DNA from: Nitrospirota bacterium
GTDB lineage: Bacteria > Nitrospirota > Thermodesulfovibrionia > Thermodesulfovibrionales > Dissulfurispiraceae
NCBI GenBank assembly: GCA_040758355.1
Contig: JBFLWF010000011.1
Location: forward strand, 16,041-80,040
Reading direction: 5' to 3'
DNA length: 64,000 nucleotides
In this document: piece by piece, positions 42,172-53,300 of the stretch
Layout: each line of letters starts with the position of its first letter
Numbering within the stretch: the first letter of the stretch is position 1
Notes under the pieces: generated by a model
Told to the model about the DNA's origin: nothing
The model's input: only the letters and a program-made list of their open reading frames with translations
Databases searched by the model: none
Position numbers and translations under genes: made by a program

Positions 42172-42627
42172 ATGAAAACAGTGTTCACATCAGTTGTTTT
42201 AGTCTCGATCCTGACATGCATCTCGCTGTCATGGTCCGAGGAGATAACGTACAGAAAGCACATCAAACCTTTATTCGATGCCAAATGCATAGGATGCCAC
42301 GGACAGGATGCTGCTCCTGAGTATTATGCATTTAAAGAAGAGAAAGACATGTGGCTTTCAAAAGGAAAGGGAATGAGGATGGATACTTACAGCCATCTCG
42401 TCTTTTACACTGCATGGCCTGATACGGGAGCATTGATGCGCAGGCTCGATGACGGCAAGGGATCAAAGGAAGGCAAGCCGGGCAATATGTATCAGCATTT
42501 AGGCTCAACAGAGGAAGAGAGGCAGCAGAACCTTAAACTCTTTAAGGATTGGGTCGGAGGCTGGACATTAAAGAGGTGGAAGGATATTACAAAAGAGGAT
42601 ATGGACGGGATAAAGGCAAAGTATTAA
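42172..42627 (+). CDS. pccH: PccH-like periplasmic monoheme cytochrome c
   Basis: CIGCH; GMRMDTYSHL.FYTAWPDTGALMRRLDDG and KPGNMY.HLG.TEEERQ match Geobacter PccH as recalled from memory. Confidence 0.8.
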   Translation: MKTVFTSVVLVSILTCISLSWSEEITYRKHIKPLFDAKCIGCHGQDAAPEYYAFKEEKDMWLSKGKGMRMDTYSHLVFYTAWPDTGALMRRLDDGKGSKEGKPGNMYQHLGSTEEERQQNLKLFKDWVGGWTLKRWKDITKEDMDGIKAKY

Positions 42628-42646
42628 AGATGACAGAAGCAACGAT

Positions 42647-42773
42647 GATAGGGCTTAGTATTTTCGCTCATTCTCGAAAGGCATCCAAGCCTTTCTGCGA
42701 GGCTAAGCCAGCCCGCTTAGGCATCCATGTCACGCCTGGGCTGCCTAAGTCCGCTCAAATACCAAGCCCTATC
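42647..42773 (+). repeat. ~127 nt structured repeat, copy 1
   Basis: 17-bp terminal inverted repeat (one mismatch) and internal hairpins; homologous to 56405-56533 and 56568-56699. Confidence 0.75.
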
Positions 42774-42845
42774 GGTGCAATTGATTAGAAGTTTTTATTT
42801 TTTTATCAAATAATTGCGACTAAGTCTCTTTATCTGGAGGTTTTT

Positions 42846-43130
42846 ATGTGCGTAGCGTTGATAGGCGGGATGGACAGGCTTGAGAGGAATTACATAAGCG
42901 AAGCCGAAAGGATGGGCGTAGACCTTAAGGTTTATACCAAATCCGAAACAGGCATCGCTTCAAAGGTCAAAAACATGGACGCGGTGGTTATTTTCACGAA
43001 CAAAGTATCTCATAAGGCGAAAAGAGAGGTGATGAACACGGCTAAAGCAAAGAACATTCCGGTTTTCATGTATCACTCATGCGGCATATGCACGCTGAGG
43101 GATTGCCTGAACTGCCTTAAGAAAATATAA
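42846..43130 (+). CDS. DUF2325 family protein
   Basis: LIGG..RL...Y, D.VVIFTNKVSH, HSCG. Confidence 0.85.
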   Translation: MCVALIGGMDRLERNYISEAERMGVDLKVYTKSETGIASKVKNMDAVVIFTNKVSHKAKREVMNTAKAKNIPVFMYHSCGICTLRDCLNCLKKI

Positions 43131-43145
43131 AAGGAGATTGCAAGA

Positions 43146-43964
43146 ATGATTAAAATTTTTTTAAGGACGGTTCTTATATTGATCGCTTCGGTAACAACCT
43201 CCTTTGCCGCTCACCCGCTTGTTACCGATGACACGGGCACGCAGGGTAAAGGCAAGTATCAGGTAGAGGTGACCAGCGAATTCACCTACGAAAAAGAGCG
43301 GCAATACAACACGGACGAAGATAAATGGGAGACGAAAAAGGAAACCGGAGGAGAACTATCAACCGTTCTGTCTTACGGCATAACGGATAACGTGGATATT
43401 GTTTTAGGTATTCCGTATCAATGGAAAAAGACAAGGATAGACGGAGTTGTAACAGCAGATAGAACCGAGCAGGGAGACGGCATTGCTGATATGTCCTTAG
43501 AGGTCAAATGGAGATTTTATGAAAAGGACGGGCTGAGCTTTGCGATAAAGCCTGGAATTACACTTCCGTCAGGAGACGAAAACAAAGGGCTCGGCAACGG
43601 AAGGATGTCATACGGCCTTGTTCTCATCGCAACCAAAGAGGCAGCGCCTTTTGCGTTTCATTTCAATCTGGGCTACACGAACAACGAATACAAGCTTCAG
43701 GCAGATAAAGACGCAAACAGAAAGGGCATATGGCATGCGTCCGTTGCTTCTGAGGTAGAGGTTATTAAAGACCTCAAGGCGGTCGCCAATATCGGGATGG
43801 AGAGGAATTCGGATAAGACATCAAATACCCATCCGGCGTTTATACTCGGCGGCCTGATTTATTCGATAACTGAAAGCATTACGGTTGATTTCGGCGTTAA
43901 GGGCGGGCTTAACAAGCCTGAAACGGATTTAACTTTCCTTGCCGGAATCGCGTTTAAATTTTAG
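43146..43964 (+). CDS. Putative outer-membrane beta-barrel channel
   Basis: Signal peptide, HPLVTDDTGT, amphipathic strands, C-terminal Phe. Confidence 0.75.
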   Translation: MIKIFLRTVLILIASVTTSFAAHPLVTDDTGTQGKGKYQVEVTSEFTYEKERQYNTDEDKWETKKETGGELSTVLSYGITDNVDIVLGIPYQWKKTRIDGVVTADRTEQGDGIADMSLEVKWRFYEKDGLSFAIKPGITLPSGDENKGLGNGRMSYGLVLIATKEAAPFAFHFNLGYTNNEYKLQADKDANRKGIWHASVASEVEVIKDLKAVANIGMERNSDKTSNTHPAFILGGLIYSITESITVDFGVKGGLNKPETDLTFLAGIAFKF

Positions 43965-43975
43965 GAGGTGGCATT

Positions 43976-44224
43976 ATGGCTCCGCTGGGGCTTTTATCGA
44001 AAGGCGAGAAGGCAGAGATTATGGAAATAAAGACGCAAAAGGTTTGCGGTCACGGAAGCGGCAAGAATCAATTATGCCACGCTGAGGATATGGGCCTGCG
44101 TATAGGCAAGACTGTCGAGATGCTGAACAATGCGGGGCGAGGCTCTATTCTCGTCAAAGTTGACGAATCGCGTATCGCCATAGGCCGCGGCATGGCGATG
44201 AAGATAATGGTGAAAAAAATATAG
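43976..44224 (+). CDS. feoA: FeoA family protein
   Basis: DMGLRIG, RIAIGRGMA.KI.V. Confidence 0.85.
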   Translation: MAPLGLLSKGEKAEIMEIKTQKVCGHGSGKNQLCHAEDMGLRIGKTVEMLNNAGRGSILVKVDESRIAIGRGMAMKIMVKKI

Positions 44225-44305
44225 CTTTAATAGAAAGACAAAGCAGCTCCGCTCGAACACCTTGTCTTTCTATACGACTGTTAAATTTATTTAAAGGGAG
44301 GCAAT

Positions 44306-44533
44306 ATGAATTTGGCGATGCTTAAACCCGGAGAGACCGGAAAAATTACCGCTATAGGCGTAATCGGCCCGTTGAAGAGGAGGCTCATGGATATGGGCGT
44401 TCTCGTAGGCGAAAAGGTGAAGGTCGAAAAAGTAGCGCCCCTGGGCGATCCGCTTGAGGTGACAATTAAAAACTATAACCTTTCTCTGAGAAAAAAAGAG
44501 GCGGAGGGAATAGAAGTGGAGGTGGTGAGATGA
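44306..44533 (+). CDS. feoA: FeoA family protein
   Basis: RRLMDMG, APLGDP, LSLRK.EA. Confidence 0.93.
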   Translation: MNLAMLKPGETGKITAIGVIGPLKRRLMDMGVLVGEKVKVEKVAPLGDPLEVTIKNYNLSLRKKEAEGIEVEVVR

Positions 44534-46758
44534 CGACAGCAATCAGTAATCAGCAATCAGCCGTCAGCAATCAGCGGACGAATAGAAAAGCGATAACAGT
44601 AGCGGTTGCAGGAAATCCGAATTCGGGTAAATCCACGCTCATAAACGCCATAGCCGGAACGCGGCTTCATGTCGGCAACTGGCCCGGAGTTACGGTCGAG
44701 AAAAAATCGGCCGTATTCGGACATGAAGGCAGAGACATAAAACTCGTGGATCTTCCGGGCATATACAGCCTGAGCCCTTATACTCAGGAAGAGATAATCG
44801 CAAGGGACTATCTCGTTCACGAAAAACCGGATGTGATCATCGATGTTGTTGATGCAACAAATCTTGAGAGAAATCTCTACCTTACGGTTCAACTTATGGA
44901 ACTGAGCATCCCGGTTGTCATCGCCTTGAATATCTATGACGAGGCTGAAAAGAAAGGCTATAAGATCGACATAAAGGCGATGGAAAAGATGCTCGGCATC
45001 AGGATAATCCCGACTATAGCGACTAAGAAATCCGGACTGGACGCCTTATTAAAGACAGTCGCTGAAGTTGCGGACAATCCGGCACTGCACAGTCCTAAGA
45101 AATTGCATTATGAGGACGATATCGAATCCGCCGCCGCTGCTGTGGAGATGCACATCAAAAACAGTTATCCGCAGCTTGCGGAAAAATATCCTTTGAGATG
45201 GCTTTCCTTAAAGCTTATAGAAGGAGACCCGCATGTGCAAAAAGAGATAAATCTTTCCGGCGAAGATGCGTTTGTCAATGAAGCCATGATTCATCTCAAA
45301 AAGGTTCACGGAGAAGACATCGAATCCATAATGGCGGATGAAAGGTATGCTAAGGCTGCAGGACTCACTCATGAGGTCTTGAAAATGCCCACGGTCAGAA
45401 AAATGGAAATGACGGAAAGGATAGACAGGATAGTCCTTAACAGGTTTTTAGGCATACCTATATTCCTTTCCGCCATGTGGCTTGTATTCAAATTCACCTT
45501 CGATGTATCAACGCCTTTCGCCGACTGGATAGACGCCATGACTGCCGGCCCATTCAAGAGATGGGCGGAGGCGATACTCGGTTTTATCCAAGCACCTGAA
45601 TGGACGGTATCGCTTGCGACTGACGGTATTATTGCGGGCGTCGGATTTGTCATAGTGTTTGTGCCTGTCATATTCGCAATGATGTTTTTCATAACATTCC
45701 TTGAGGGAAGCGGGTACATGGCGAGGGCAGCGTTCGTTATGGACAGGGCAATGCATGCAATAGGTCTTCACGGAAAATCCTTCATCCCGATGCTTTTAGG
45801 GTTCGGCTGCAACGTGCCTGCCGTCTACGCCACGAGGGTTCTTGAAAATCCGAGGGATAAGGCTCTCACATCTCTGCTCATACCTCTTATGTCGTGCGGC
45901 GCGAGGCTCCCCGTATATGTGGTGTTCATAGGCGCGTTTTTTACGCGCAACGCGGGAACGGTTCTCTGGTCCCTTTATGTAATGGGAATAGCTCTCGCAA
46001 TCTTGATGGGTATCATATTCAAGAAGACCCTTTTCAAAGGCGAATCCCCGATGTTCATAATGGAGCTTCCGCCATATAGGATGCCTTCTTTCAGGAGCCT
46101 CATGATACACACATGGGAAAAGGGAAAGCACTTCCTCATTAAGGCTGGGACTTACATCCTTGCAGTATCCATACTTGTATGGTTTCTTTTGAACCTGCCA
46201 TGGGGCGTTGAGAACAAGAAAGACTCTTACTTAGGCAGAATGGGGCAGGTAATAGCACCAGTATTAGAACCTCTCGGATTCGGCAATTGGGAGGCTGCAT
46301 CGTCGCTCGTTTCGGGACTGATCGCAAAAGAGATAGTCGCGGGGACAATGGGAGAGATATACGTTCAAAAGACGGAGGACGATAAGAAAGAAAAGCCTTC
46401 GTTAACCGATGACTTGAAAGAGATAGGGACATCATTTGCGAACGCCGTTAAGGATTCGGCGTCGAATGTAATTTCGACCCTTGGCATATCAAGTCTGAGC
46501 AGCGAGGAATCCACCGAAGAAACGGAAGAAAGAATGCCTCTCCGGGATGTGATTAAAACTCAGTTTACGCCATTGAGCGCTTATGCCTTTATTGCCTTTG
46601 TTCTTCTCTATATGCCATGCGTAGTTGTGGCGATAGCGATGCGGCAGGAATTTGGCACATGGAAGTGGTTTGGGATCGCATTCGCATACCAGATGGCACT
46701 GGCATGGGTTACAGCCTTTGTGATTTATCAGGGCGGGAAAATAATTGGATTGGGATAA
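44530..46758 (+). CDS. feoB: Ferrous iron transporter FeoB
   Basis: GNPNSGKS, GNWPGVTVE, DLPGIYS, GFGCNVPA, MSCGARLP. Confidence 0.98.
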   Translation: MTTAISNQQSAVSNQRTNRKAITVAVAGNPNSGKSTLINAIAGTRLHVGNWPGVTVEKKSAVFGHEGRDIKLVDLPGIYSLSPYTQEEIIARDYLVHEKPDVIIDVVDATNLERNLYLTVQLMELSIPVVIALNIYDEAEKKGYKIDIKAMEKMLGIRIIPTIATKKSGLDALLKTVAEVADNPALHSPKKLHYEDDIESAAAAVEMHIKNSYPQLAEKYPLRWLSLKLIEGDPHVQKEINLSGEDAFVNEAMIHLKKVHGEDIESIMADERYAKAAGLTHEVLKMPTVRKMEMTERIDRIVLNRFLGIPIFLSAMWLVFKFTFDVSTPFADWIDAMTAGPFKRWAEAILGFIQAPEWTVSLATDGIIAGVGFVIVFVPVIFAMMFFITFLEGSGYMARAAFVMDRAMHAIGLHGKSFIPMLLGFGCNVPAVYATRVLENPRDKALTSLLIPLMSCGARLPVYVVFIGAFFTRNAGTVLWSLYVMGIALAILMGIIFKKTLFKGESPMFIMELPPYRMPSFRSLMIHTWEKGKHFLIKAGTYILAVSILVWFLLNLPWGVENKKDSYLGRMGQVIAPVLEPLGFGNWEAASSLVSGLIAKEIVAGTMGEIYVQKTEDDKKEKPSLTDDLKEIGTSFANAVKDSASNVISTLGISSLSSEESTEETEERMPLRDVIKTQFTPLSAYAFIAFVLLYMPCVVVAIAMRQEFGTWKWFGIAFAYQMALAWVTAFVIYQGGKIIGLG

Positions 46759-46967
46759 TGGGTTATAAAACTTAATACAACAGGCAAGCTGACTTTCGCA
46801 AAATAATTAGTCGTCTATGTATGATTTATGTAAATACAGAATACAAAGTTTTCACAGTGCAAAGGCGAGGGGCAGTCGTTACTTTGCCCCTTAGAGAACC
46901 CAGCAATTTTGCTTCAAGTCAGCCAACCTGCTGTATTAACTGAATGAAAAAATCTTTGGAGGTTAAG

Positions 46968-47096
46968 ATGGGATTTGTTGATGTTGCGTTAATGGCTGTG
47001 ATTATCGCGGGAGCGGTATATCTCTTATACCGCTCCCTCTGGAAAAAGAAAGGGCATTGTCCGGGCTGCGATTCAGAGACATGCACTAAAAAATAG
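46968..47096 (+). CDS. FeoB-associated small Cys-rich membrane protein, 42 aa (absent from the ORF track)
   Basis: GGAGG ribosome-binding site; MGFVDVALMAVIIAGAVYLLYRSLWKKKGHCPGCDSETCTKK. Confidence 0.8.
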   Translation: MGFVDVALMAVIIAGAVYLLYRSLWKKKGHCPGCDSETCTKK

Positions 47097-47117
47097 GGGC
47101 ATATGATAGAATAAACC

Positions 47118-48578
47118 ATGAAAATACCGAGGGTCATGTCCACCCAGCACCCTGACAATGTCCTTCTGCCCTTCTTTGCAGAAAGCCAGGATATGTCTGG
47201 TGACGATGAAATCCAGGAGGCATACTATGCCTTTTCTCATCTTGGATGCGACGAGCAGATGTGGGACTGCGAGGGCAAGGAGGTCGACGACTTTGTTGTA
47301 AGAAAACTCCTTACCAAATATGAGCATTTCTTCCAGCAAACAAAATTAGGAGAAGATGTATTCCTTACATTAAGGGTTCCAAACCCTGATGTAGAAAAGG
47401 AAGAGGCAAAAGTGCTCATCGAGACCCTCGAAAGCATACCCCGCTCATGCGATGCAGCAAGGCTCTTTTACGGCAAGGATATCCCTCCCATCTTTGAGGT
47501 GATCCTTCCCATGACAATGTCATCGCAAAGCCTGAACAGGATTTATTACTATTACAAGGACTTTGTTGTCGGCAAGCAAAATCAGCCGTTTTATCCGGGG
47601 GATATAACCATATCCGAATGGATTGGGGAGTGCAAGCCTGAGAAGATCAATGTAATCCCGCTCTTTGAAGACAAGGAGCATCAGCTTGAGGCGCACAATA
47701 TAATGAGGCAATATCTAAAAGGCAAAGACATTAAGCATCAGCGGGTATTTATAGCACGGTCGGACCCTGCAATGAACTATGGGATGGTAAGCGCCATCCT
47801 TTGCAACAAGATTGCCCTTCAGCGATTGAGAAGGCTTTCCGAAGAAACAGGAGTCAAGATATACCCGATACTGGGTGCCGGCTCTGCTCCTTTCAGAGGG
47901 CATCTTGCACCGGACACAATTGACATGATATTGGAGGAGTATCCCGATGTCCAAACATTCACCATACAGTCGGCATTTAAATACGACAACCCCGTTCCTT
48001 CTGCAATCTCTGCAGTCAATAAACTCAAGGCATCCCAGATGATGAGGGGCTATGATATAGATGAAGGCAAGTGCATAGAGATTATCGATAAAGTGGCAGT
48101 AGAATACAAAAGGGTTATAGAACATCTTGCTCCAATCATTAATCATGTAGCCGGTTTTGTCCCCAGAAGAAGAATGCGCAAGCTTCATGTGGGATTGTTC
48201 GGATATGCCAGAAGTGTGGGGAAGGTAACACTGCCGAGGGTTATTAGTTTCTGTGCAGCATGCTATTCCATAGGGCTTCCGCCGGAAATCCTCGGATTGA
48301 ATATTCTCACGCCTGAAGACATTGCGTGCATGAAGGAAATGCATGTCAATTTTATGTTCGATATGAAAACTGCCATGTCGTACTTCAATGAGGATGTTCT
48401 CACAATACTGCCTGACGAGGTAAAATCGTCTCTAAAACTGGACTGGGGCGATTACAAGATTAATCCCGAACATAAAGCCATTACATCAAGAATTATCAAG
48501 GCCGTCAAGGAAAAAGAAAATATATATATGCAAGGCATGCTTATGGAAGCTGCCCACATAAGGAAATTCCTCGGATAA
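47118..48578 (+). CDS. ppcA: Archaeal-type phosphoenolpyruvate carboxylase
   Basis: PRVMSTQHPDN, MWDCEGK, ARSDPA.NYG, GSAPFRG, LPRVI.F; 486 aa. Confidence 0.93.
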   Translation: MKIPRVMSTQHPDNVLLPFFAESQDMSGDDEIQEAYYAFSHLGCDEQMWDCEGKEVDDFVVRKLLTKYEHFFQQTKLGEDVFLTLRVPNPDVEKEEAKVLIETLESIPRSCDAARLFYGKDIPPIFEVILPMTMSSQSLNRIYYYYKDFVVGKQNQPFYPGDITISEWIGECKPEKINVIPLFEDKEHQLEAHNIMRQYLKGKDIKHQRVFIARSDPAMNYGMVSAILCNKIALQRLRRLSEETGVKIYPILGAGSAPFRGHLAPDTIDMILEEYPDVQTFTIQSAFKYDNPVPSAISAVNKLKASQMMRGYDIDEGKCIEIIDKVAVEYKRVIEHLAPIINHVAGFVPRRRMRKLHVGLFGYARSVGKVTLPRVISFCAACYSIGLPPEILGLNILTPEDIACMKEMHVNFMFDMKTAMSYFNEDVLTILPDEVKSSLKLDWGDYKINPEHKAITSRIIKAVKEKENIYMQGMLMEAAHIRKFLG

Positions 48579-48654
48579 TCGGTTTCGGTTAGCAGCATAG
48601 GGAAACGACATCCCTTCTGCATTAATAACAATCAACTCATAAAAAGGAGAGAAA

Positions 48655-49083
48655 ATGGAAAAGGCAGGCACAGGAAGCACAGTAAAAGTACATTACACAG
48701 GAAAACTAAACGATGGGACGGTATTTGATTCCTCAGGAGACCGCGAGCCTCTTGAGTTCAAACTGGGGGAGGGTCATCTCATCAGGGGCTTCGAAAATGC
48801 AGTTGAAGGGATGTCTGTTGGAGAAAAAAAGACGATAAACATTCCTGCTGATGAGGCATACGGCCCTCACAGGAGCGACCTTGTCGTTCGTATCGAGAGG
48901 TCTCAGATTCCGCCGGACATTGTTGCACCGTCAATCGGAATGAACCTCCAGATAAGACAGCCAAATGGCGTAATCAATGTAGTCATAACAGATATGGATG
49001 AGTCGAGCATCACCCTCGATGCCAATCATCCCTTGGCAGGCAAGGATTTAACCTTTGATATAGAGCTTGTAGAGGTAGCCTGA
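48655..49083 (+). CDS. FKBP-type peptidyl-prolyl isomerase (SlyD/FkpB-like)
   Basis: HYTGKL.DG.VFDSS, LDANHPLAGK.L.F. Confidence 0.95.
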   Translation: MEKAGTGSTVKVHYTGKLNDGTVFDSSGDREPLEFKLGEGHLIRGFENAVEGMSVGEKKTINIPADEAYGPHRSDLVVRIERSQIPPDIVAPSIGMNLQIRQPNGVINVVITDMDESSITLDANHPLAGKDLTFDIELVEVA

Positions 49084-49241
49084 TACACCAACAAGACAGG
49101 CGCGGGTAAAGATTTTTCATTTGTTTTTACCTGCGCTTCATTACGGCAAGTTGTTCAAATATCCGCACGCCTGTTTTTAATTTAGCAACGAAGCACTGAA
49201 CCTCTATTTAAAAAACAAACATTTTGTGCTATTTTTATAAA

Positions 49242-50366
49242 ATGAAGAAGATAATAGAGTTCAAAACAGCATTTTATGCGGTAGTGCTTTTGGCGCTTAT
49301 TTTTTTTATAGGTTGCAAAAAGACTAAAAACATCCAGATTACTGACTTCGAAAAACACCCTGTTTATAAGAACTACAAATTCTCCAATGATGAAAAAGTT
49401 ATAGAGATAGGCGTGCCAACCCCTTGGGCTTCTGTCAATCATGTTATCGAGGTGATGAAGAGGGATGAGATTTTCAAACAAGAACTAAAAAGGATAGGAT
49501 ACACAGTAAAATTTTATCCCTTCATGAAAGGCGAGGAGATAAACTATTTCATGAAGAAAGGGCTGCTTGAAGGCTCTATCATCGGAGACATGCCCACATT
49601 AAAAATGGCGTCTGAAGGACATATAACGGTAATGTCCCTATTCCACAAAGGGAGCGTATCCCTCGTGTCCCGGGACATTTACAGGGTAAGGGATTTAAAA
49701 GGCAAGAGAGTAGCTTATCCGTACGGCTCGATTGCCCATTATTATCTATTAAGGATATTAAAGGAAAACGGCATGTCAGAAGGCGATATACATCATGCGC
49801 TCATGGATCCGGACAAAATCCTGAATGCCGTAAAGGACAGAACAATCGATGCATTCACAACATTCGAGCCTACTGCAACCGTATACACAAAAATAGACCC
49901 CACCCTTCATACCATTCACCGCTCATTTTCGAGTTACGGATTCTTCAATATAAGAAGGGATTACGGCGAAAGGCATAAAGAGGCTGTAAAGGCGGTCATT
50001 GCAGCACAGATAAGGGCGATAATATGGCTCACTGAATCCGATAAAAACATTAACATGGCAAGTCGCTGGATGGCAGAGGAATCGGCCAAGATTGTTCCCA
50101 TTCCCCTAAACAAATATATAAAGGAACTGAACATCATCTGTTCCGAGGACATATCCGGAAGCATGAACATCCATTCCATAGGGTTAAATGACGACACCAT
50201 CAGAAATGGCGGAGATATGAGCAAAGAGTTTGAATTTCTTAAGGCAATAGGACTTATTCAGAAAGACAGAAAATGGGATGACGTAACAATGCACTTCGAC
50301 ACCGGCACAGCCCTCGATGCAATAAAAAACATCAAGAAACCAGAGCCTGCAAAGATAATTCGATGA
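49242..50366 (+). CDS. SsuA/NrtA-like substrate-binding lipoprotein
   Basis: FIGC lipobox-like motif, IGDMP, DLKGKRVA.P.GS..H, FEP; overlaps the kinase start codon. Confidence 0.8.
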   Translation: MKKIIEFKTAFYAVVLLALIFFIGCKKTKNIQITDFEKHPVYKNYKFSNDEKVIEIGVPTPWASVNHVIEVMKRDEIFKQELKRIGYTVKFYPFMKGEEINYFMKKGLLEGSIIGDMPTLKMASEGHITVMSLFHKGSVSLVSRDIYRVRDLKGKRVAYPYGSIAHYYLLRILKENGMSEGDIHHALMDPDKILNAVKDRTIDAFTTFEPTATVYTKIDPTLHTIHRSFSSYGFFNIRRDYGERHKEAVKAVIAAQIRAIIWLTESDKNINMASRWMAEESAKIVPIPLNKYIKELNIICSEDISGSMNIHSIGLNDDTIRNGGDMSKEFEFLKAIGLIQKDRKWDDVTMHFDTGTALDAIKNIKKPEPAKIIR

Positions 50367-53300
50367 ATATTTTCAACAGCATAAAGTTCAAATTCACACT
50401 CGGAGTATTCCTTCTCATAGTTGTCATTACAGCGATATTCGGCGTTTTAAGCTACGAATACGAAAAAAGAGCGATTCAGGAACGTGTCTATGCGCAATTG
50501 AATGCCACTGCCGATTTAAAGAAAGAAATCGCCGTCAATTATATCAATGAGAGGATAAACAATCTGAAAACAATGGCCACATCGGAATATATGCGCCAGA
50601 GCATTTTTTCCTTATCGGGCAAAAGGACATCCGTGATACCGGAGGCAGCGCAGTATAAATTTATCCGCCAGCGCCTCGAAGCTTTTAAAAATTTGTATCA
50701 CGATTATCTCAGCATAGAGGTTACGGACATTAAAGGCAATATTATAGTCAGCACAGATGACGATCACCACTCCTCAGGCAGCAGGCATGAACACAAAAAA
50801 AGCATCGACAGATATATTGAAGTCATAAAAACAGGCTGCGCTGTCATCATGCAGGACTATCTAAATTCGGAGGAAGGGCATCTGGATTTCGCATTAGGAA
50901 TAAGAAATGCAAACGGCAGCATAAATGCAGTCCTTATAAGCAGCATAGCCTTAAAGAATATTCTCTTCCCTACATTCAGCGACTATACAGGGCTCGGACT
51001 TACCGGAGAAACCCTTCTTGTAAAAATCTCGGAGGGCAGTCTGATGCATATCAATCCCACAAGGCATCTAAACATGAATATGAAAAGGGGTGCGACTTAT
51101 GGCAAAGAGCATTTCAAACTGGGATTAAAGGCAGCATCGGGCAATGAAGGGATCGATGAGGCCATAGATTACAGGAATAAAAAGGTAATAGGTGCATACC
51201 GATACATCCCCGCCCTTCAATGGGGCATTGTTGTCAAGATGGACATCGATGAGGCATTCAAAGAGATCGAAACATTAAGGAAAAAGATTCTTATACTCGG
51301 CATTTGGATGCTGGGGATAATGCTCGTGGCCACTTATCTTATTACAAGCAGGTTTACCGCACCTATTATAGAACTGGCCATGAAGACAAAGGCTGTAGCT
51401 GCCGGAGATTATTCGATAAGGATAGAATCCAGAAGAAAAAACGAGATAGGCGAACTCGAAAGGGATTTTAACGAGATGGTGGAAGTTATCGACAGGTCAA
51501 AGATGGAGATAGAAAGCAAGCAGAGGGAGCTTGAAGAGGTCAATTATGAGCTCGAAAGAAAGGTTCGGGAGAGGACGGCAGAACTCACAGAGGCTAATAC
51601 AGCATTATTAGAGGTTCTGGAAGATATTAAAAGCTCCGAGGAAAAATTCAGAAATGTGATAGATTCCTCTGTTGACGCTGTTGTCATTTGCGATGCATCA
51701 AAGAAGATACTGCTCTTCAATAAGGCTGCAGAAGACATGTTCGGCTACAAGAAGGAAGATATTCTGGGCAGAGAAATAGAAATGTTAATACCAGAGAAAT
51801 ATAAGGAGCGACACAGAAAGGGATTCGAGAAATATGTATCCAACGGCAAAGGGACATTACTCGGAAGGGTAGTAGAACTTGATGCCTTAAAAAGGGGTGG
51901 AAAGGAGTTCCCTGTCGAACTCTCGCTGTCAGGATGGGAAAGCAAAGGCAGAAAATACGTGTCTGCCGTAATAAGGGATATCACCGGAAGGAAAGAGACA
52001 GAAGAAGAGATACGGAAGTTGTCGTATGCAGTAGAGCAAAGCCCTGTCTCCATTATAATTACCGATACAAAAGGTAATATCACATATGTAAACCGGCAGT
52101 TTTGCAAGATTAGCGGCTACAATTATGAAGATCTTATAGACAAAAACCCGCGAATACTTAAATCAGGAGAAACATCGCCGGAGGAATACAAACGTTTGTG
52201 GGATACAATCACCTCTGGAGATGTATGGACAGGCGTATTCCATAACAAAAAGAAAAACGGCGAACTTTTCTGGGAATCCGCAATTATATCGCCCATCACG
52301 AACAAAGAGGGTGTTATTACCCATTTCATCGGCATAAAAGAGGACATCACGGAAAAGAAAAAGCTTGAAGAAATGCTCTTCCATTCGCAAAAGATGGAGG
52401 CCATCGGCCAGCTCGCTGGGGGGATTGCACACGACTTTAACAACATGCTCAGTGCAATAATAGGATTCGGCGGCCTTATAAACATGAATATGAGCGACGA
52501 TGACCCGAATAGAACCTATCTCAAAGAAATACTCGCCGCTGGAGAGAGGGCTTCCCATCTGACGCAGGGTCTGCTTGCATTCAGCAGGAAACAGATTATC
52601 AACCCAAAACCTGTAAGCCTGAATGAAATTATAAGGAGCATAGAAAAACTTCTCAGAAGGATTATCAGAGAGGACATAGAATTAAAAACCATACTTGCAG
52701 ACAGGGATCTGACAGTAATGGCCGACCCAGGGCAGATAGAGCAGGTGCTGATGAACCTGACCACCAATGCAAGGGATGCCATGTCCCGTGGAGGGATTTT
52801 AACAATAAACACAGAACTTATAAGACTGGACAATGAATTCATAAAGACCCACGGGTATGGCGAGAAAGGGGAATATGCCCTCATATCCGTATCGGATACA
52901 GGCGTAGGCATGGATCAAAAGACAAAGGAAAGGATATTTGAGCCGTTCTTCACAACCAAGGAGATGGGAAAGGGAACAGGCCTCGGGCTTGCAATAGTGT
53001 ATGGCATAATCAAACAGCATAACGGTTATATAAATTGCTACAGCGAACCAGGCAAAGGCACGACATTCAGGATATATATGCCTTTAATAAGTCCCGAGTT
53101 TGAAAAAATTGAACCCGCAGCCGTCCCTGAACTGAAGGGGGGATCGGAAACGGTATTGGTAGCGGAGGACGACGCAGTCATTAGAAAGCTGACGAGGAAC
53201 GTACTTGAGAGGTTTGGCTATAAGGTCATAGAGGCATTTGACGGAGAGGATGCAATACGCAAGTTCATAGACAATAAGGACAAAATCCATATCCTCCTGT

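Noticed and set aside
42812..42832. Second Fur-like site before DUF2325
   Set aside because: Only one half-site matches well.
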